The notes under the pieces are model-generated. The model saw only the letters and a list, made by a program, of their open reading frames with translations, made no database searches and was not told where the DNA came from. Positions 46,249 through 57,021 of a stretch of 64,000 bases of DNA are shown here, piece by piece. Source of the stretch: Rhodospirillales bacterium (GTDB taxonomy: Bacteria; Pseudomonadota; Alphaproteobacteria; Bin95); assembly GCA_038143065.1 (NCBI GenBank), contig JAYQLI010000035.1:992001-1056000 (forward strand). Reading direction: 5' to 3'. Position numbers and translations under genes: made by a program. Positions within the stretch are counted from its first letter, which is position 1. Every line of letters begins with the position of its first letter.

Positions 46249-48499
46249 ACGATTTAATACCTCCCCAAGAAGATGATAAAGGCTCAGTAAGACTAGAGCC
46301 TTTTTCAAGAGCTCTATCCGAGCGATACCTAGCTTATGCACTGTCGACAATCACATCACGTTCTTTGCCTGATGCCCGTGATGGCCTCAAGCCCGTTCAT
46401 CGTCGTCTTGTCTATGCGATGCGCGAATTGGGCTTAAATCCTGCTGCTGCCTTTAAAAAATGCGCCCGTGTTGTTGGGGATGTCATGGGAAAGTATCACC
46501 CCCACGGAGATCAAGCTATATATGATGCAATGGCAAGACTTGCTCAAGATTTTGCCGTTCGATACCCACTTGTTGATGGGCAGGGTAACTTCGGAAATAT
46601 CGATGGCGATAACCCCGCGGCAATGCGATACACCGAGGCACGCCTAACTGCTGTTGCCGAAGCACTTCTATCCGGCATCGAAGAAGATGCTATTGATTTT
46701 CGGGAGACCTATGACGGTGAAGGAAAGGAGCCAATTGTCCTTCCGTCCGCATTTCCAAATCTTTTAGCAAATGGCGCCCAGGGCATTGCCGTTGGCATGG
46801 CCACAAACATCCCACCTCACAATGTTGACGAACTCTGCGAAGCTCTCTTGCTTCTAGTAAAACGTCGCACAACTTCACTTGATGAAATACTGGACCTAGT
46901 ACCAGGGCCTGACTTCCCAACAGGTGGTATTTTGTGTGAGTCACCAGAGGTTGTTCGCGAAGCGTATAGAACTGGGCGCGGTGCGGTGCGCTTACGCGCA
47001 AGATGGGAAAAAGAAGATCTACCACGTGGCCAATGTCAAATAGTGGTCACAGAAATACCCTACCAAGTATCCAAAAGTCGTCTGATAGAGAAAACCGCTC
47101 AATTATTGGAAGAGAAAAAAGTATTTCTTCTTGGAGATATTCAAGATGAGTCTGCGGAAGATGTTCGCATTGTCCTGACGCCAAAAAGCAGATCGGTTGA
47201 TTCAAGACAGATGATGGAGCAGCTTTTAAGCTAACTGAATTTGAAACTCGGATTTCGATAAATCTGAACGCGCTAGATGGAGAAGGTAGCCCTAGGGTCA
47301 TGGACCTCAGGGAACTTTTGGAAATTTTTCTAACACACCGCCGAGAGGTCCTTCTCCGCCGAAGTCAGCATCGTCTTAACGCGATTGCCCGCCGGCTTGA
47401 GATATTAAAGGGGTATATGGTTGTTTACCTCAATTTAGATGAGGTAATCCGAATAGTACGAGAGGAAGACGATCCAAAGTCCAAGTTAATTGAGACGTTT
47501 AATCTTTCAGAACTCCAAGCAGACTCAATCTTAAATATGCGTCTCCGCAGCCTCCGAAAATTGGAGGAGTTGGAAATCAAAAAAGAAATTGCAGACTTAG
47601 AAGAAGAGCAGAGCGGATTACAGGATCTAGTTGGAGATACTGATAAGCAGTGGCGAAAGGTTGGCGCAGAGATCCGTGATATGCGGAAAACATTTGGAAA
47701 GGATACGGCCCTTGGCCGTCGTCGAACGTCTATCCAAGGCCCTCCCGCAGAAATTGATATTCCGCGCGCAGCAGATATTGAAAAAGAACCAATCACTGTA
47801 GTTTGCTCCACCGAAGGCTGGCTTCGTGCAATGAAGGGTCACTTGGAACCAGAAACAGAGCTTAAGTATCGCGAGGGAGATTCAGAACGCTTCCGTTTTT
47901 ATGCGCAGACAACTGACCGCATCCTAGCGCTAGCCTCCGATGGTCGAGTCTTTACGCTTGATGCCTCCAAATTGCCTGGTGGCCGCGGATCTGGAGAACC
48001 AATACGCCTCCAGGCAGATATTGCTGCAGACGCTGAAATAGTGGAGTTGATTCCAGCCCCAAAGGATGGGCGTGTTTTAATGGCATCCTCAGATGGGCGC
48101 GGATTCCTTGCACCCGTAGAATCACTCACAGCTCAAACTCGAGCCGGTCGTATGGTTCTTAATATTACTCCTCCCTCCAATGCGGCCCTGATGCGTATAG
48201 TACCCAAAGACTCAGACAGCATTGCCGTAGTGGGAGAGAATCGTCGTCTTCTCATCTTCCCCTTGGATGAATTACCCGAAATGGGAAGAGGAAAAGGCGT
48301 TATACTTCAACGCTATAAAAATGCCGAAATGTCTGATGCGTTGGCCTTCAAACTTACAAATGGACTAAAATGGCGAACAGGCGATCGCATACGTCATGAG
48401 ACAGACCTAACATCCTGGTGTGGTAAAAGAGCTGCAGCAGGGTCCCCTCCACCCTTTGGATTTCCAAAACCACCCAAATTCGATGCAGGGCTCGATTAA
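46245..48499 (+). CDS. parC: Topoisomerase IV subunit A (frameshift near 47227)
   Basis: [23 protein letters not shown]; no GyrA-box; short C-terminal domain. Confidence 0.95.
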
Positions 48500-48975
48500 T
48501 GAAACGAATACTTGGTTCCGGATTATGTGCTTGCGGCGATTGCCATTTCGAAGTTCTGAACAGTTCTCTTTTCGTGCATTGCTGCCATTGCACATACTGC
48601 CAGCGTCAGACCGGGTCCGCATTTGCGTTGAATGCCATGGTGGAGTCATCTGCAATAAAATTAATAAAGGGTGATACGGAGAACTTTGAGGTCTCCACAG
48701 CAAGCGGCAAGGGACAAAATATTTGTCGGTGCTCAAGGTGCAAAACCGCTCTTTGGAGCAATTATGGCGCGGCTGATAACGCAATCGCGTTTGTTCGTGT
48801 TGGCACCCTGCAGGACACAGATGTTGAACCTGACGTACATATTTATACTTCTAGTAAAGCCTCGTGGGTTCGCTTGCCTGAAAAGGCGCGCAGTTTTGAA
48901 GAATATTACAATCCACGTGAAGAATGGCCCGAGGATGCTCAGGCTAGATTCAAGGTGTTACAAGCTAAAGGCTGA
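48499..48975 (+). CDS. GFA/CENP-V family zinc protein
   Basis: CACG, CHCTYCQ, CSRC; TAATG overlap with parC. Confidence 0.87.
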   Translation: MKRILGSGLCACGDCHFEVLNSSLFVHCCHCTYCQRQTGSAFALNAMVESSAIKLIKGDTENFEVSTASGKGQNICRCSRCKTALWSNYGAADNAIAFVRVGTLQDTDVEPDVHIYTSSKASWVRLPEKARSFEEYYNPREEWPEDAQARFKVLQAKG

Positions 48976-48990
48976 TAGGACCAATTCGCG

Positions 48991-50478
48991 TCAAATCATT
49001 GATATGGCATAGTAGGCAATAGCAGCAAGAATTGCTGAAGCGGGAACCGTAATCACCCAAGCTACAACAATGGTCATAAAGTGAGCTCGACGCACCAGTC
49101 TCCTGTGCTGAACTACATCTGGAGATGGAGACGCAGTATCTTCGTTATCTGCATCTAAGCCACGGCGTGTAATCATCTGGCGGCGGCGCTTAGAGCGTTT
49201 AGTGAACTGTTCTCGGAAAAATCCAACTCCAAAAACTGCACCAACTGCGATGTGAGTCGAGCTTACAGGCAAGCCTAGCCAGGAAGCTACGATCACCGTT
49301 ATGGCTGCCGAAAGAGCTACACAATACGCTCGCATGGGGTTCATTTTGGTAATTTGCGCACCAACCATACGTATTAACTTCGGCCCATAAATAAACAGGC
49401 CCAGACTAATTCCAAACGCGCCTATTACCATTACCCAAACAGGGACTGTAGCCTTTGCTGAGATGGCACCACTTTCAACCGCACTTAAAATGGCAGCGAG
49501 CGGACCAATGGCGTTGGCAACGTCATTTGCCCCATGAGCAAATGAGAGCAATGCAGCAGAACAGATTAAAGGAATTTGAAAAAGCTTACGTAGAGAACGA
49601 TTTCTATTTTCCATGCCCTCGGATTGACGGCGGATTAACGGATGACTGACTGCCCACACCAAGGCAAAGACGCTAAACCCTATCAGTGCGACTGTTGCGG
49701 CATCTGCTTTCCAGACGCGTTTCAAACCTTTGAGTGTCAAATAGCTAGCAAAACAACCTGCCATTATTGCAATAAGCAGAGGTATCCATCGTCTGGCTGA
49801 TGCAATCTTATCTTCTGTGTAAATAATATTAAGTTTTATAAAAGCGAGAAAAAGCGCGGCAATAACTCCACCTAAAAATGGTGAAATTACCCAACTTGCA
49901 GCTATAGCTCCTAGCGTCTGCCAATTAACCAGGGAAAAGCCAACTGCCGCAACACCTGCACCCATTACTCCCCCAACGACAGAGTGAGTAGTTGAAACAG
50001 GAGCATTCAATACGGTCGCTAGATTAACCCAGACTGCTGCTGCAATTAGAGCTGCCATCATAGCATTAATAAAAGTTTGGCTATCTTTAACCTGGGCTGG
50101 ATCGATAATCCCCTTTGAAATCGTGGAGACAACATCACCACCAGCAATAAGCGCTCCTGCACTCTCGAATACTGCAGCAATTACCAAAGCCATCATTAAT
50201 GTCATGGCACGAGAACCAACGGCGGGCCCAACATTGTTAGCTACATCATTAGCCCCAATATTGAGGGCCATGTAGCCGCCTAAGACTGCCGCAAAAACCA
50301 CCAAAGCCGAATGATGATCAACTCCCGCCACAGCTCCAGCTAATACAGCCGATGCGCCTAGAAAGAGTAACGCAATGCCGTGACCAACGTAGCTGCTCGA
50401 TAATGATCGGGCAGCCGCTTCTACATGCACTATTTTCTCTAGATCTTTATCGAGAGTGGACTTCTTCGAATTCATCAC
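48991..50478 (-). CDS. PiT inorganic phosphate transporter
   Basis: Two GANDVAN signatures and two PVS(T/S)TH motifs. Confidence 0.93.
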   Translation of the reverse strand: MMNSKKSTLDKDLEKIVHVEAAARSLSSSYVGHGIALLFLGASAVLAGAVAGVDHHSALVVFAAVLGGYMALNIGANDVANNVGPAVGSRAMTLMMALVIAAVFESAGALIAGGDVVSTISKGIIDPAQVKDSQTFINAMMAALIAAAVWVNLATVLNAPVSTTHSVVGGVMGAGVAAVGFSLVNWQTLGAIAASWVISPFLGGVIAALFLAFIKLNIIYTEDKIASARRWIPLLIAIMAGCFASYLTLKGLKRVWKADAATVALIGFSVFALVWAVSHPLIRRQSEGMENRNRSLRKLFQIPLICSAALLSFAHGANDVANAIGPLAAILSAVESGAISAKATVPVWVMVIGAFGISLGLFIYGPKLIRMVGAQITKMNPMRAYCVALSAAITVIVASWLGLPVSSTHIAVGAVFGVGFFREQFTKRSKRRRQMITRRGLDADNEDTASPSPDVVQHRRLVRRAHFMTIVVAWVITVPASAILAAIAYYAISMI

Positions 50479-50489
50479 AGCTCATCTTT

Positions 50490-50978
50490 CTATCTAAGCG
50501 ACTGATAAGAGGCATTTAAAATACGCTCAGGATTTCGGTTAATATATTGGAGTAGACGGCGCAATTCCATTTCATCCACAAGGTTCGCAGCCTGCTCGAG
50601 CGACACCCATTCTAAGTCACGCTCTCTTCGTTCTCGCCAATCCAAACATTGATAGGACACTTTTAAAGGGTACACCTCAACTGTGGACTCAACATCGTAG
50701 CCTTTGGCAGTAGCTTTCTGATATTTAAAACTTCCACACGGCGCCATCGCAATTTGGCCGAAACAACCGGCTTCCTCTAACGCCTCTTGAGCTGCTGAGG
50801 CCGGGAGCGAAAGGTCTTTGATTGGCCATCCTTTTGGAAGGATCCATCGACCTCGACGCCGTGATGTAATTAGGGCAATTAATATGACACCTTCAGCAAC
50901 AACAAATGGCAGCGCACCGACCTGTGAGACTGATTTCCCGAACCAGCCAAACAATGCTTTTTGTACTCGGTGTTTCAA
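50490..50978 (-). CDS. NUDIX hydrolase (DIPP/Ap6A-hydrolase-like)
   Basis: LITSRRRGRWILPKG, AAQEALEEAG. Confidence 0.85.
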   Translation of the reverse strand: MKHRVQKALFGWFGKSVSQVGALPFVVAEGVILIALITSRRRGRWILPKGWPIKDLSLPASAAQEALEEAGCFGQIAMAPCGSFKYQKATAKGYDVESTVEVYPLKVSYQCLDWRERRERDLEWVSLEQAANLVDEMELRRLLQYINRNPERILNASYQSLR

Positions 50979-51004
50979 AAATGCTAACCCGTTAAGTACT
51001 TGAG

Positions 51005-51913
51005 TTATCCTTTGAGCAGGAGGAGTAAAATTCCTAAAACAATTAAAATAATGCCAAAAATCTCACCTCTCGTGGAGCTCTCCTTGAAAAAAACCACGGA
51101 GGCAATGAAGGTAAAGACTAACTCGATTTGTCCTAGAGCCCGCACATAAGCAACATTCTGAATTGTCATTGCAGTAAACCAGCCGACAGAACCAAGGGCT
51201 CCTGAGGCACCCACAACACTTGCCACCTTCCATGATTTAAGGATTTTAGTGATCTGGCCAGGCTCTCGAATTCGAATATATATCAACATTGCGATGGTTT
51301 GGAGAAAAGTAGCCCATGCCAGCGTATAGCCAGCTTGTATCAAGAAATGTGGTCCTTCAAGGCTCAAGCTACCGCCACGATAGGCGACTGCCGAAATCCC
51401 AAATAGCGCCCCCGAAACTAGCCCAATAGCAGTTGTCTTTTCAAAAAACGCAGTTGCGAGCTTTCCAGCTCCTCCTCCTGTTTTAGCGAGACTAATGGAA
51501 ACCACTCCAACGAGACTAATCATAATTGCGAGAACTGCAGGCCCGGACAGTGCATCCCCTAAGAAAACCATACCAAATATAGCTGCTTGGACAGTCTCTG
51601 TTTTTGAATATGCAGTTCCAACTGCAAAATTCCTTAGCCCAAAGAGATAGACCAGTAATGCGGTTGCACCTATCTGGGTTGCTCCACCCAGTGCCGTCCA
51701 CAAAAAGAACTCTAGGTCTGGAGTAGGGATAGAAAATCCAATACCAAAGTGAAGAAAAGCCACGTAAATTAATGCGACCGGGAACCCAAAGCCAAAGCGG
51801 GCAAACGTGGCCCCAGATGTTGAGAGCTTTCCTTTGAGGTGCTTTTGAAGAGCAGACCTTAGGTTCTGCAAAAATGCAGCTGCGATAGTGACTGGGACCC
51901 AGAGTTCAAACAT
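51005..51913 (-). CDS. DMT/EamA family transporter
   Basis: About 10 hydrophobic segments, QNLRSALQK, YVRALGQIE. Confidence 0.82.
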   Translation of the reverse strand: MFELWVPVTIAAAFLQNLRSALQKHLKGKLSTSGATFARFGFGFPVALIYVAFLHFGIGFSIPTPDLEFFLWTALGGATQIGATALLVYLFGLRNFAVGTAYSKTETVQAAIFGMVFLGDALSGPAVLAIMISLVGVVSISLAKTGGGAGKLATAFFEKTTAIGLVSGALFGISAVAYRGGSLSLEGPHFLIQAGYTLAWATFLQTIAMLIYIRIREPGQITKILKSWKVASVVGASGALGSVGWFTAMTIQNVAYVRALGQIELVFTFIASVVFFKESSTRGEIFGIILIVLGILLLLLKG

Positions 51914-51930
51914 ATTTGTGCCTCAAAAGT

Positions 51931-51964
51931 TTTCTGCGACAAAGCACAGACCCTGTCGCAGAAA
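51931..51964 (-). terminator. Hairpin between the thiolase and DMT genes
   Basis: Perfect 11-bp inverted repeat TTTCTGCGACA/TGTCGCAGAAA; short T tract on the minus strand. Confidence 0.55.
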
Positions 51965-51986
51965 CACCAAATGATATGAGTATTGG

Positions 51987-53129
51987 CTAAGGAGCAACGT
52001 TCGAGAAAACGACGGAGCCAGACGCAGCAAACATTCCGCCAACACCATGGCAGAAGCTTATCTCTGCTCCATCAACCTGAGCAGGCGAAACACCTCGCAT
52101 TTGACGGACACTCTCCTGAAGTGCGTACATGCCATACATGCCTGAGTGCATGTAAGAAAGTCCACCACCGTTCGTATTCAAGGGTAGTTTCCCACCTGGA
52201 GCAGTATTCCTCTCCCAGATGAAATCCGCTGCCTCGCCACGATTACAGAACCCAAGATCTTCGAGCCCATAGAGAGGCAAATGTGCAAATGCGTCATAAA
52301 TCATAAGGTGATCAACATCAGAGTGCTTGATCCCAGAAGTACGAAACGCTTCTGCACCTGAGATGCGAAATGCCTGGGACGATGTGAAATCCTTCATTTG
52401 GGAAATCATCGTTGTCTCGGCACCCTCACCTACGCCCATTACATATACGGGCTTTTGTTTCATATCCTTAGCTCTATCAGCACGAGAGAGGATCAAAGCG
52501 CCGCCACCATCAGTCACTAAGCAACACATTAAGAGAGTAAATGGATAGGCGATCATGCGCGCATTCAAGACATCATCGACAGTAATAGGATCACGCATGT
52601 AGGCACGAGGATGCATAGCAGCATATTCACGCTGAACAACGGCAACATTAGCTAATTTTTCAATGGGAATATTATAGGTCTTGAGGTATCGCAAAACCGG
52701 GATTGTGAACATGGTAGGAGGATTCATAACCCCATATGGGAGCTGAAATTGCCCTTCCAACATTCCAGGACCAATCGCTCTAGGCGTCATACCAACTTGG
52801 CTACGACCACTTTCCCCGTGAGTTATTAAGATATTGTTAGCAAGACCTGCTTCGAGGGCAGCGACTGCATGGCGCACATGAACCATAAATGAACAGCCAC
52901 CTACGCTAGTACCGTCCACCCAACGTGGTTCAATACCAAGGTAGTGCGCTATTTCTGTTGGCACTTCGCGTGCTGTTGCTACTCCATCAATATCTGATGG
53001 TTTAAGACCGGCGTCCTCCATAGCGTTGAGAGCAGCATCAGCATGTAACATAATATTCGAAACGTGAGGCAGCTTGCCCATTTCAGTCGTTTCTGCGGCT
53101 CCTACTACCGCAACAGAACCTGGTTTCAT
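51987..53129 (-). CDS. Non-canonical (SCP-x-like) thiolase
   Basis: VGGCSF, CCLVTDGGGA, YDAF, NTNGGGLSYMH. Confidence 0.88.
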   Translation of the reverse strand: MKPGSVAVVGAAETTEMGKLPHVSNIMLHADAALNAMEDAGLKPSDIDGVATAREVPTEIAHYLGIEPRWVDGTSVGGCSFMVHVRHAVAALEAGLANNILITHGESGRSQVGMTPRAIGPGMLEGQFQLPYGVMNPPTMFTIPVLRYLKTYNIPIEKLANVAVVQREYAAMHPRAYMRDPITVDDVLNARMIAYPFTLLMCCLVTDGGGALILSRADRAKDMKQKPVYVMGVGEGAETTMISQMKDFTSSQAFRISGAEAFRTSGIKHSDVDHLMIYDAFAHLPLYGLEDLGFCNRGEAADFIWERNTAPGGKLPLNTNGGGLSYMHSGMYGMYALQESVRQMRGVSPAQVDGAEISFCHGVGGMFAASGSVVFSNVAP

Positions 53130-53140
53130 AATGCTATCCT

Positions 53141-53562
53141 TCAACGCTGGGACGGCCGGAATACCGGCAAAGAGATATCGTCAGTAAGATGCTCAAAAGC
53201 GATCTCTACGGGCATATCGAGTTCTAAGGCTTCGGGGTTTGCTCGCAGTCAATGATATTTGTCATCATTCGCGGCCCTTCCTGAAGCTCAACAACTGCAA
53301 TAGCGAAAGGAGGTTCTAAAATGAAATTTGGGGGTGCCCTATGATTAATAACATAGCTGTACAGTATCCCCTTACCAGATGCCTTAAACGTCTCAACGTT
53401 GCGACTGCCAGTGAAGGGACTGAAAGGACGCGGGGGAAAATACGCTTTCCCAGTATCCTTGCATCGCTGCAGGATAAGCTCACCATTTTTACATCCATCC
53501 CAAAAATGCTGGGTTTCGGGGGTTGGCTTCGGCACTGGACGCCGCGGCTTCTGGTCAGACAA
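53141..53562 (-). CDS. DUF35 zinc-ribbon/OB-fold thiolase partner (frameshift near 53236)
   Basis: FWDG...LQRC, VELQEGPRMMTNI; the shifted frame continues EALELDMPVEIAF...LPVFRP. Confidence 0.87.
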
Positions 53563-53627
53563 ATCAGTAACTCCCTACAATTGACGCTGTTTCAGGGAGC
53601 AGCCTACCACTAAGCTGAATAAAACAA

Positions 53628-53656
53628 AGGCCCACTTTTTGATAAAAAGTGGGCCT
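53628..53656 (-). terminator. Rho-independent terminator after the phasin gene
   Basis: Perfect 13-bp stem AGGCCCACTTTTT/AAAAAGTGGGCCT then TTGTTTT; a weaker hairpin lies at 53673-53694. Confidence 0.75.
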
Positions 53657-53700
53657 AAATCAAAAAAAGTCGGATCTCCTGAATAAAAGAGATCTAAAAC

Positions 53701-54132
53701 TTATTTTGCTACGAAGACTTTCTTGGACTCTTCGATTGAAGCTGTAACGCGGTCATTTAAAAGAGCGATTGCTTCATCAGCGGTTTTTGTTGCCATGTCA
53801 TAGATTTCTTTGCTGTTAGCAAAGAAAGACGAGTAGCTAGATTTCGCAAAATCGGCCTGCTTTACAAGCCTTTCTTCAGGTGAAGCAACAGAAACGTCTG
53901 AAAAAGCCTTCATGCCAGCCTCGGCGGTCTCGCGAGCAACCTCTGTTTGTCGACGCACAAGAGCACTCATTCCCTCGAACGCACGCTGGTTAGCAGCAGC
54001 AGCAGCTTCAACATTCTTTCGCTGTGATGCCATGATGGCATCCATGTCAAAACCTGGAATCTTAAACTGTTCAAAGGCTTTAAACATATCAAAATCAAAA
54101 GCAGATTTTGTACCGGTTGTCTTGGCAGTCAT
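53701..54132 (-). CDS. phaP: Phasin (PHA granule protein)
   Basis: PGFDMDAIMASQRKNVEA...RRQTE; Ala-rich helical 143 aa; PhaR-type sites upstream. Confidence 0.88.
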   Translation of the reverse strand: MTAKTTGTKSAFDFDMFKAFEQFKIPGFDMDAIMASQRKNVEAAAAANQRAFEGMSALVRRQTEVARETAEAGMKAFSDVSVASPEERLVKQADFAKSSYSSFFANSKEIYDMATKTADEAIALLNDRVTASIEESKKVFVAK

Positions 54133-54188
54133 GTGAGGAACTCCTTACCAAAAAAACAGAACTTGAAGATCTGTGTGGAAATTATTTT

Positions 54189-54263
54189 TTGTGCGATGCA
54201 CAATAGATACTGCATATGCGTAATATCGATGATGATGTCAAGGAAATTTTGTGCGCTGCACAA
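54189..54263 (-). promoter_or_regulatory. Phasin promoter flanked by two PhaR-type operators
   Basis: TTGTGCGATGCACAA (54189-54203) and TTGTGCGCTGCACAA (54249-54263), with TTGACA-N17-CATATG between them on the minus strand. Confidence 0.8.
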
Positions 54264-54353
54264 ATTAAATTTGTATTGAATGTTTAAATCCAGAAAACCC
54301 TATAGACGTGGAAAACGCTCGAATTAGCGAGGTCGGAATTAAATGATTGAGTT

Positions 54354-55271
54354 CTAAACGAACTTTTTTCTAACCGCCGCCTCTCTTCGGAAAATATAAA
54401 ATCCAGACAAAATCACCACCGATGCACCTAACAATGTATGAATTGTTGGTATCTCAAGCCAAATTATAAATCCAATTGTAGTAGCCCATACCATCTGCAT
54501 GTAGTCGAAGGGTGCCACAACTGTCGCGGGAGCCATTTTGTAAGCGCCCACCATCGCAAACTGCCCAATTCCTCCCGCTATACCTGTGCATATAAGAAGA
54601 AGCCATTGATTTGGCGTTGGGTTAACCCAACCAAATAAACAAGCGATACCACTGGCTATAGCAGCAACTGCAGAAAAATATAAAGTGGTGCGCAAAACAG
54701 GCTCTGTTCGCCCAAGTTGCCGCATTGCAATTACCGCGAGAGCATAAAAAAGTGCGGACGCAATAGCTGCGATATATGCAAGTTCAATTCCTAATATGCC
54801 CTCTTCGCCTGGCTGGATCATCAAAAGCACTCCCCCAAACCCGAGAAGCGTTGCTAAAGTTCTTCTCCACCCAACACTCTCTTGAAGCAGTGGGATGGAG
54901 AGCATTGTCACAAAAAGTGGCATCATAAATTGCGTAGCTGTAAGCAAAGCTAAAGGCATTCGAGCAGCAGCCCAATAAAGCAACATCATTGATGCAAAGC
55001 CCGCCAATATTCGATACAGGTGACCGAATGGCCTGCTAGATTTCAAAATACTCCTGGGCGCTCTTAAAAGCATTGGCGTCAGCACTAGAATGCCAACAAA
55101 CATGCGAAAAAACATAACTTGTTGAACTGGTATATCTTTTCCAAGCGCCTTGATGCACGCAAATGACAGTGTAAAGGCAAATCCCGCTACGATGGCCAAT
55201 AGTATTGCCATTCTTATTGGAGCAGATGTGCCGCCACCTACTCCACTTCGTCTTATCGTCAATCTTTTCAA
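54354..55271 (-). CDS. DMT/EamA family transporter
   Basis: QVMFFR, PLF..LSIPLLQESVGWRR, APFDY; start uncertain. Confidence 0.85.
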   Translation of the reverse strand: MKRLTIRRSGVGGGTSAPIRMAILLAIVAGFAFTLSFACIKALGKDIPVQQVMFFRMFVGILVLTPMLLRAPRSILKSSRPFGHLYRILAGFASMMLLYWAAARMPLALLTATQFMMPLFVTMLSIPLLQESVGWRRTLATLLGFGGVLLMIQPGEEGILGIELAYIAAIASALFYALAVIAMRQLGRTEPVLRTTLYFSAVAAIASGIACLFGWVNPTPNQWLLLICTGIAGGIGQFAMVGAYKMAPATVVAPFDYMQMVWATTIGFIIWLEIPTIHTLLGASVVILSGFYIFRREAAVRKKFV

Positions 55272-55366
55272 TGCACCCGCTTTCGTGGCACCAGTTTACT
55301 TGGCAAGTCTGGACGGAGTAGCTACCGTCGGCAACAAATCCTTTTTTTGCAAGGAAAGTATTTATC

Positions 55367-56152
55367 ATGGCCGACCCAGTCCTATTGAAAAAAGATGGTG
55401 CTATTGCCGTTATTACCCTCAACCGACCTGATGTCCTAAATGCTCTTTCAATAGAAATGGCTGAGCTGCTTTGTGAGATTTGTTGGGAGATTGAAGCCGA
55501 TCAAAGTATTCGAGCTGTGATAGTCAACGGAGCTGGTAAGGGTTTTCAGGCAGGAGGAGATGTTGCCTCCTTCCATTCGGAGATAAAGAGGATTGGTGAA
55601 CACGCTGGCCGCATGATTGATACATATCACGTGGCGGTTAAAACGCTGGTTCGCATGCCAAAGCCGGTTATAGGGCAGCTTCATGGCGCTGTGGCAGGTG
55701 CAGGAATGAGCCTTGCAATGAATCTCGATCTTGCAATTGCAGCAAAAGGAACCGTGTTCACATTGGCCTATGCAAATCTTGGTACAAGCCCGGATGGAGG
55801 CTCAACATTCTTCTTACCAAGGCTGGTAGGCCGAAGAAGAGCAATGGAGATAGCCTTGCTGTCTGAGCGGTTCGACGCTGACCGTGCATATGAACTTGGT
55901 CTGGTTAATAGGGTCGTGCAGGACGACGCCATCGCAAAAGAAGTTATGGGACTTGCAGAACAACTCGCACAGGGTCCAACCCAAGCATATGCGAAAACAA
56001 AAATGTTAATCGACCAATCATTTGAGAATGATTTAGCCACGCAACTTGAAGCTGAAAGAGCAAACTTTGTTTCATCAACAGCAACAAAGGACTTCCAAGA
56101 GGGTGTTGATGCCTTCGTGAATAAACGACGCCCTGTTTTTAGGGGAGAATGA
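55367..56152 (+). CDS. Enoyl-CoA hydratase/isomerase (PaaG-like)
   Basis: LNRPDVLNAL, FQAGGD, AGAGMSLA, SPDGGS. Confidence 0.88.
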   Translation: MADPVLLKKDGAIAVITLNRPDVLNALSIEMAELLCEICWEIEADQSIRAVIVNGAGKGFQAGGDVASFHSEIKRIGEHAGRMIDTYHVAVKTLVRMPKPVIGQLHGAVAGAGMSLAMNLDLAIAAKGTVFTLAYANLGTSPDGGSTFFLPRLVGRRRAMEIALLSERFDADRAYELGLVNRVVQDDAIAKEVMGLAEQLAQGPTQAYAKTKMLIDQSFENDLATQLEAERANFVSSTATKDFQEGVDAFVNKRRPVFRGE

Positions 56153-57021
56153 GTATGAAGAACTCTCTGAAAGGCAAAACGATTTTTGTTACAGGAGCAA
56201 GTCGTGGTATCGGCGCAGAGATTGCAAAACGCGCGGCATCCGATGGGGCAAATGTCGTATTGGCTGCAAAAACGATTGAGCCACACCAAAAACTTCCGGG
56301 CACTCTCCCAGAGATAGCTGCAGAATGCGAAAAACTTGGTGGTCAAGCACTAGTAGTAAGAATGGATTTGCGAGATATAAATCAAATTCAGGCAGGCGCA
56401 GAAGCAGCAGTTGAGGCGTTTGGAGGCATAGACGCTTTAGTGAATAACGCGAGCGTGCAAACCTTCACAAAAACAGCTGACACAACAGCAAAGCAATTTG
56501 ATCTCTTATTTGACATAAATGCCCGTGGCACATTTTTTATCACCCAAGCGTGCCTTCCTCATCTTAAACGATCTTTAAATCCACACATTCTCACAATTGC
56601 ATCACCGGTAAATATGGATCCTCGCTGGTTTGCCGAAAGATTGCCTCGCACAATTTCAAAGTACGCGATGTCAATGATGGTTTGCGGTTGGGCCGAGGAG
56701 CTAAAAGTGGATGGCATCGCCTCCACAGGACTCTGGCCCAGACATGCGGTCGCAACTATGGCTGTGAAGGTATTTAGTCCCACAACCTATGAAGGTTGCC
56801 GAGATCCAAAAATCATGGCTGATGCTGCTCATTGGATTTTAACCCAGCCTGCAATGAACGTTACAGGGCGCTTCTTCCTTGACGACGAAGCGTTATCTGA
56901 GAAGGGCTTAAGCCAATCAGAAATAGACAATTATTGGTTACAACCAACCAAACGCTCTCGAACCTCAAGTTTTCTTGATTATGACGAACGTCTTACCCCT
57001 CTAGGGAGCCCTGGCTCATGA
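56149..57021 (+). CDS. HSDL2-like short-chain dehydrogenase with atypical active site
   Basis: TGASRGIG, AKTIEPHQKLPGT, NNAS; the YxxxK position reads RTISK. Confidence 0.8.
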   Translation: MSMKNSLKGKTIFVTGASRGIGAEIAKRAASDGANVVLAAKTIEPHQKLPGTLPEIAAECEKLGGQALVVRMDLRDINQIQAGAEAAVEAFGGIDALVNNASVQTFTKTADTTAKQFDLLFDINARGTFFITQACLPHLKRSLNPHILTIASPVNMDPRWFAERLPRTISKYAMSMMVCGWAEELKVDGIASTGLWPRHAVATMAVKVFSPTTYEGCRDPKIMADAAHWILTQPAMNVTGRFFLDDEALSEKGLSQSEIDNYWLQPTKRSRTSSFLDYDERLTPLGSPGS

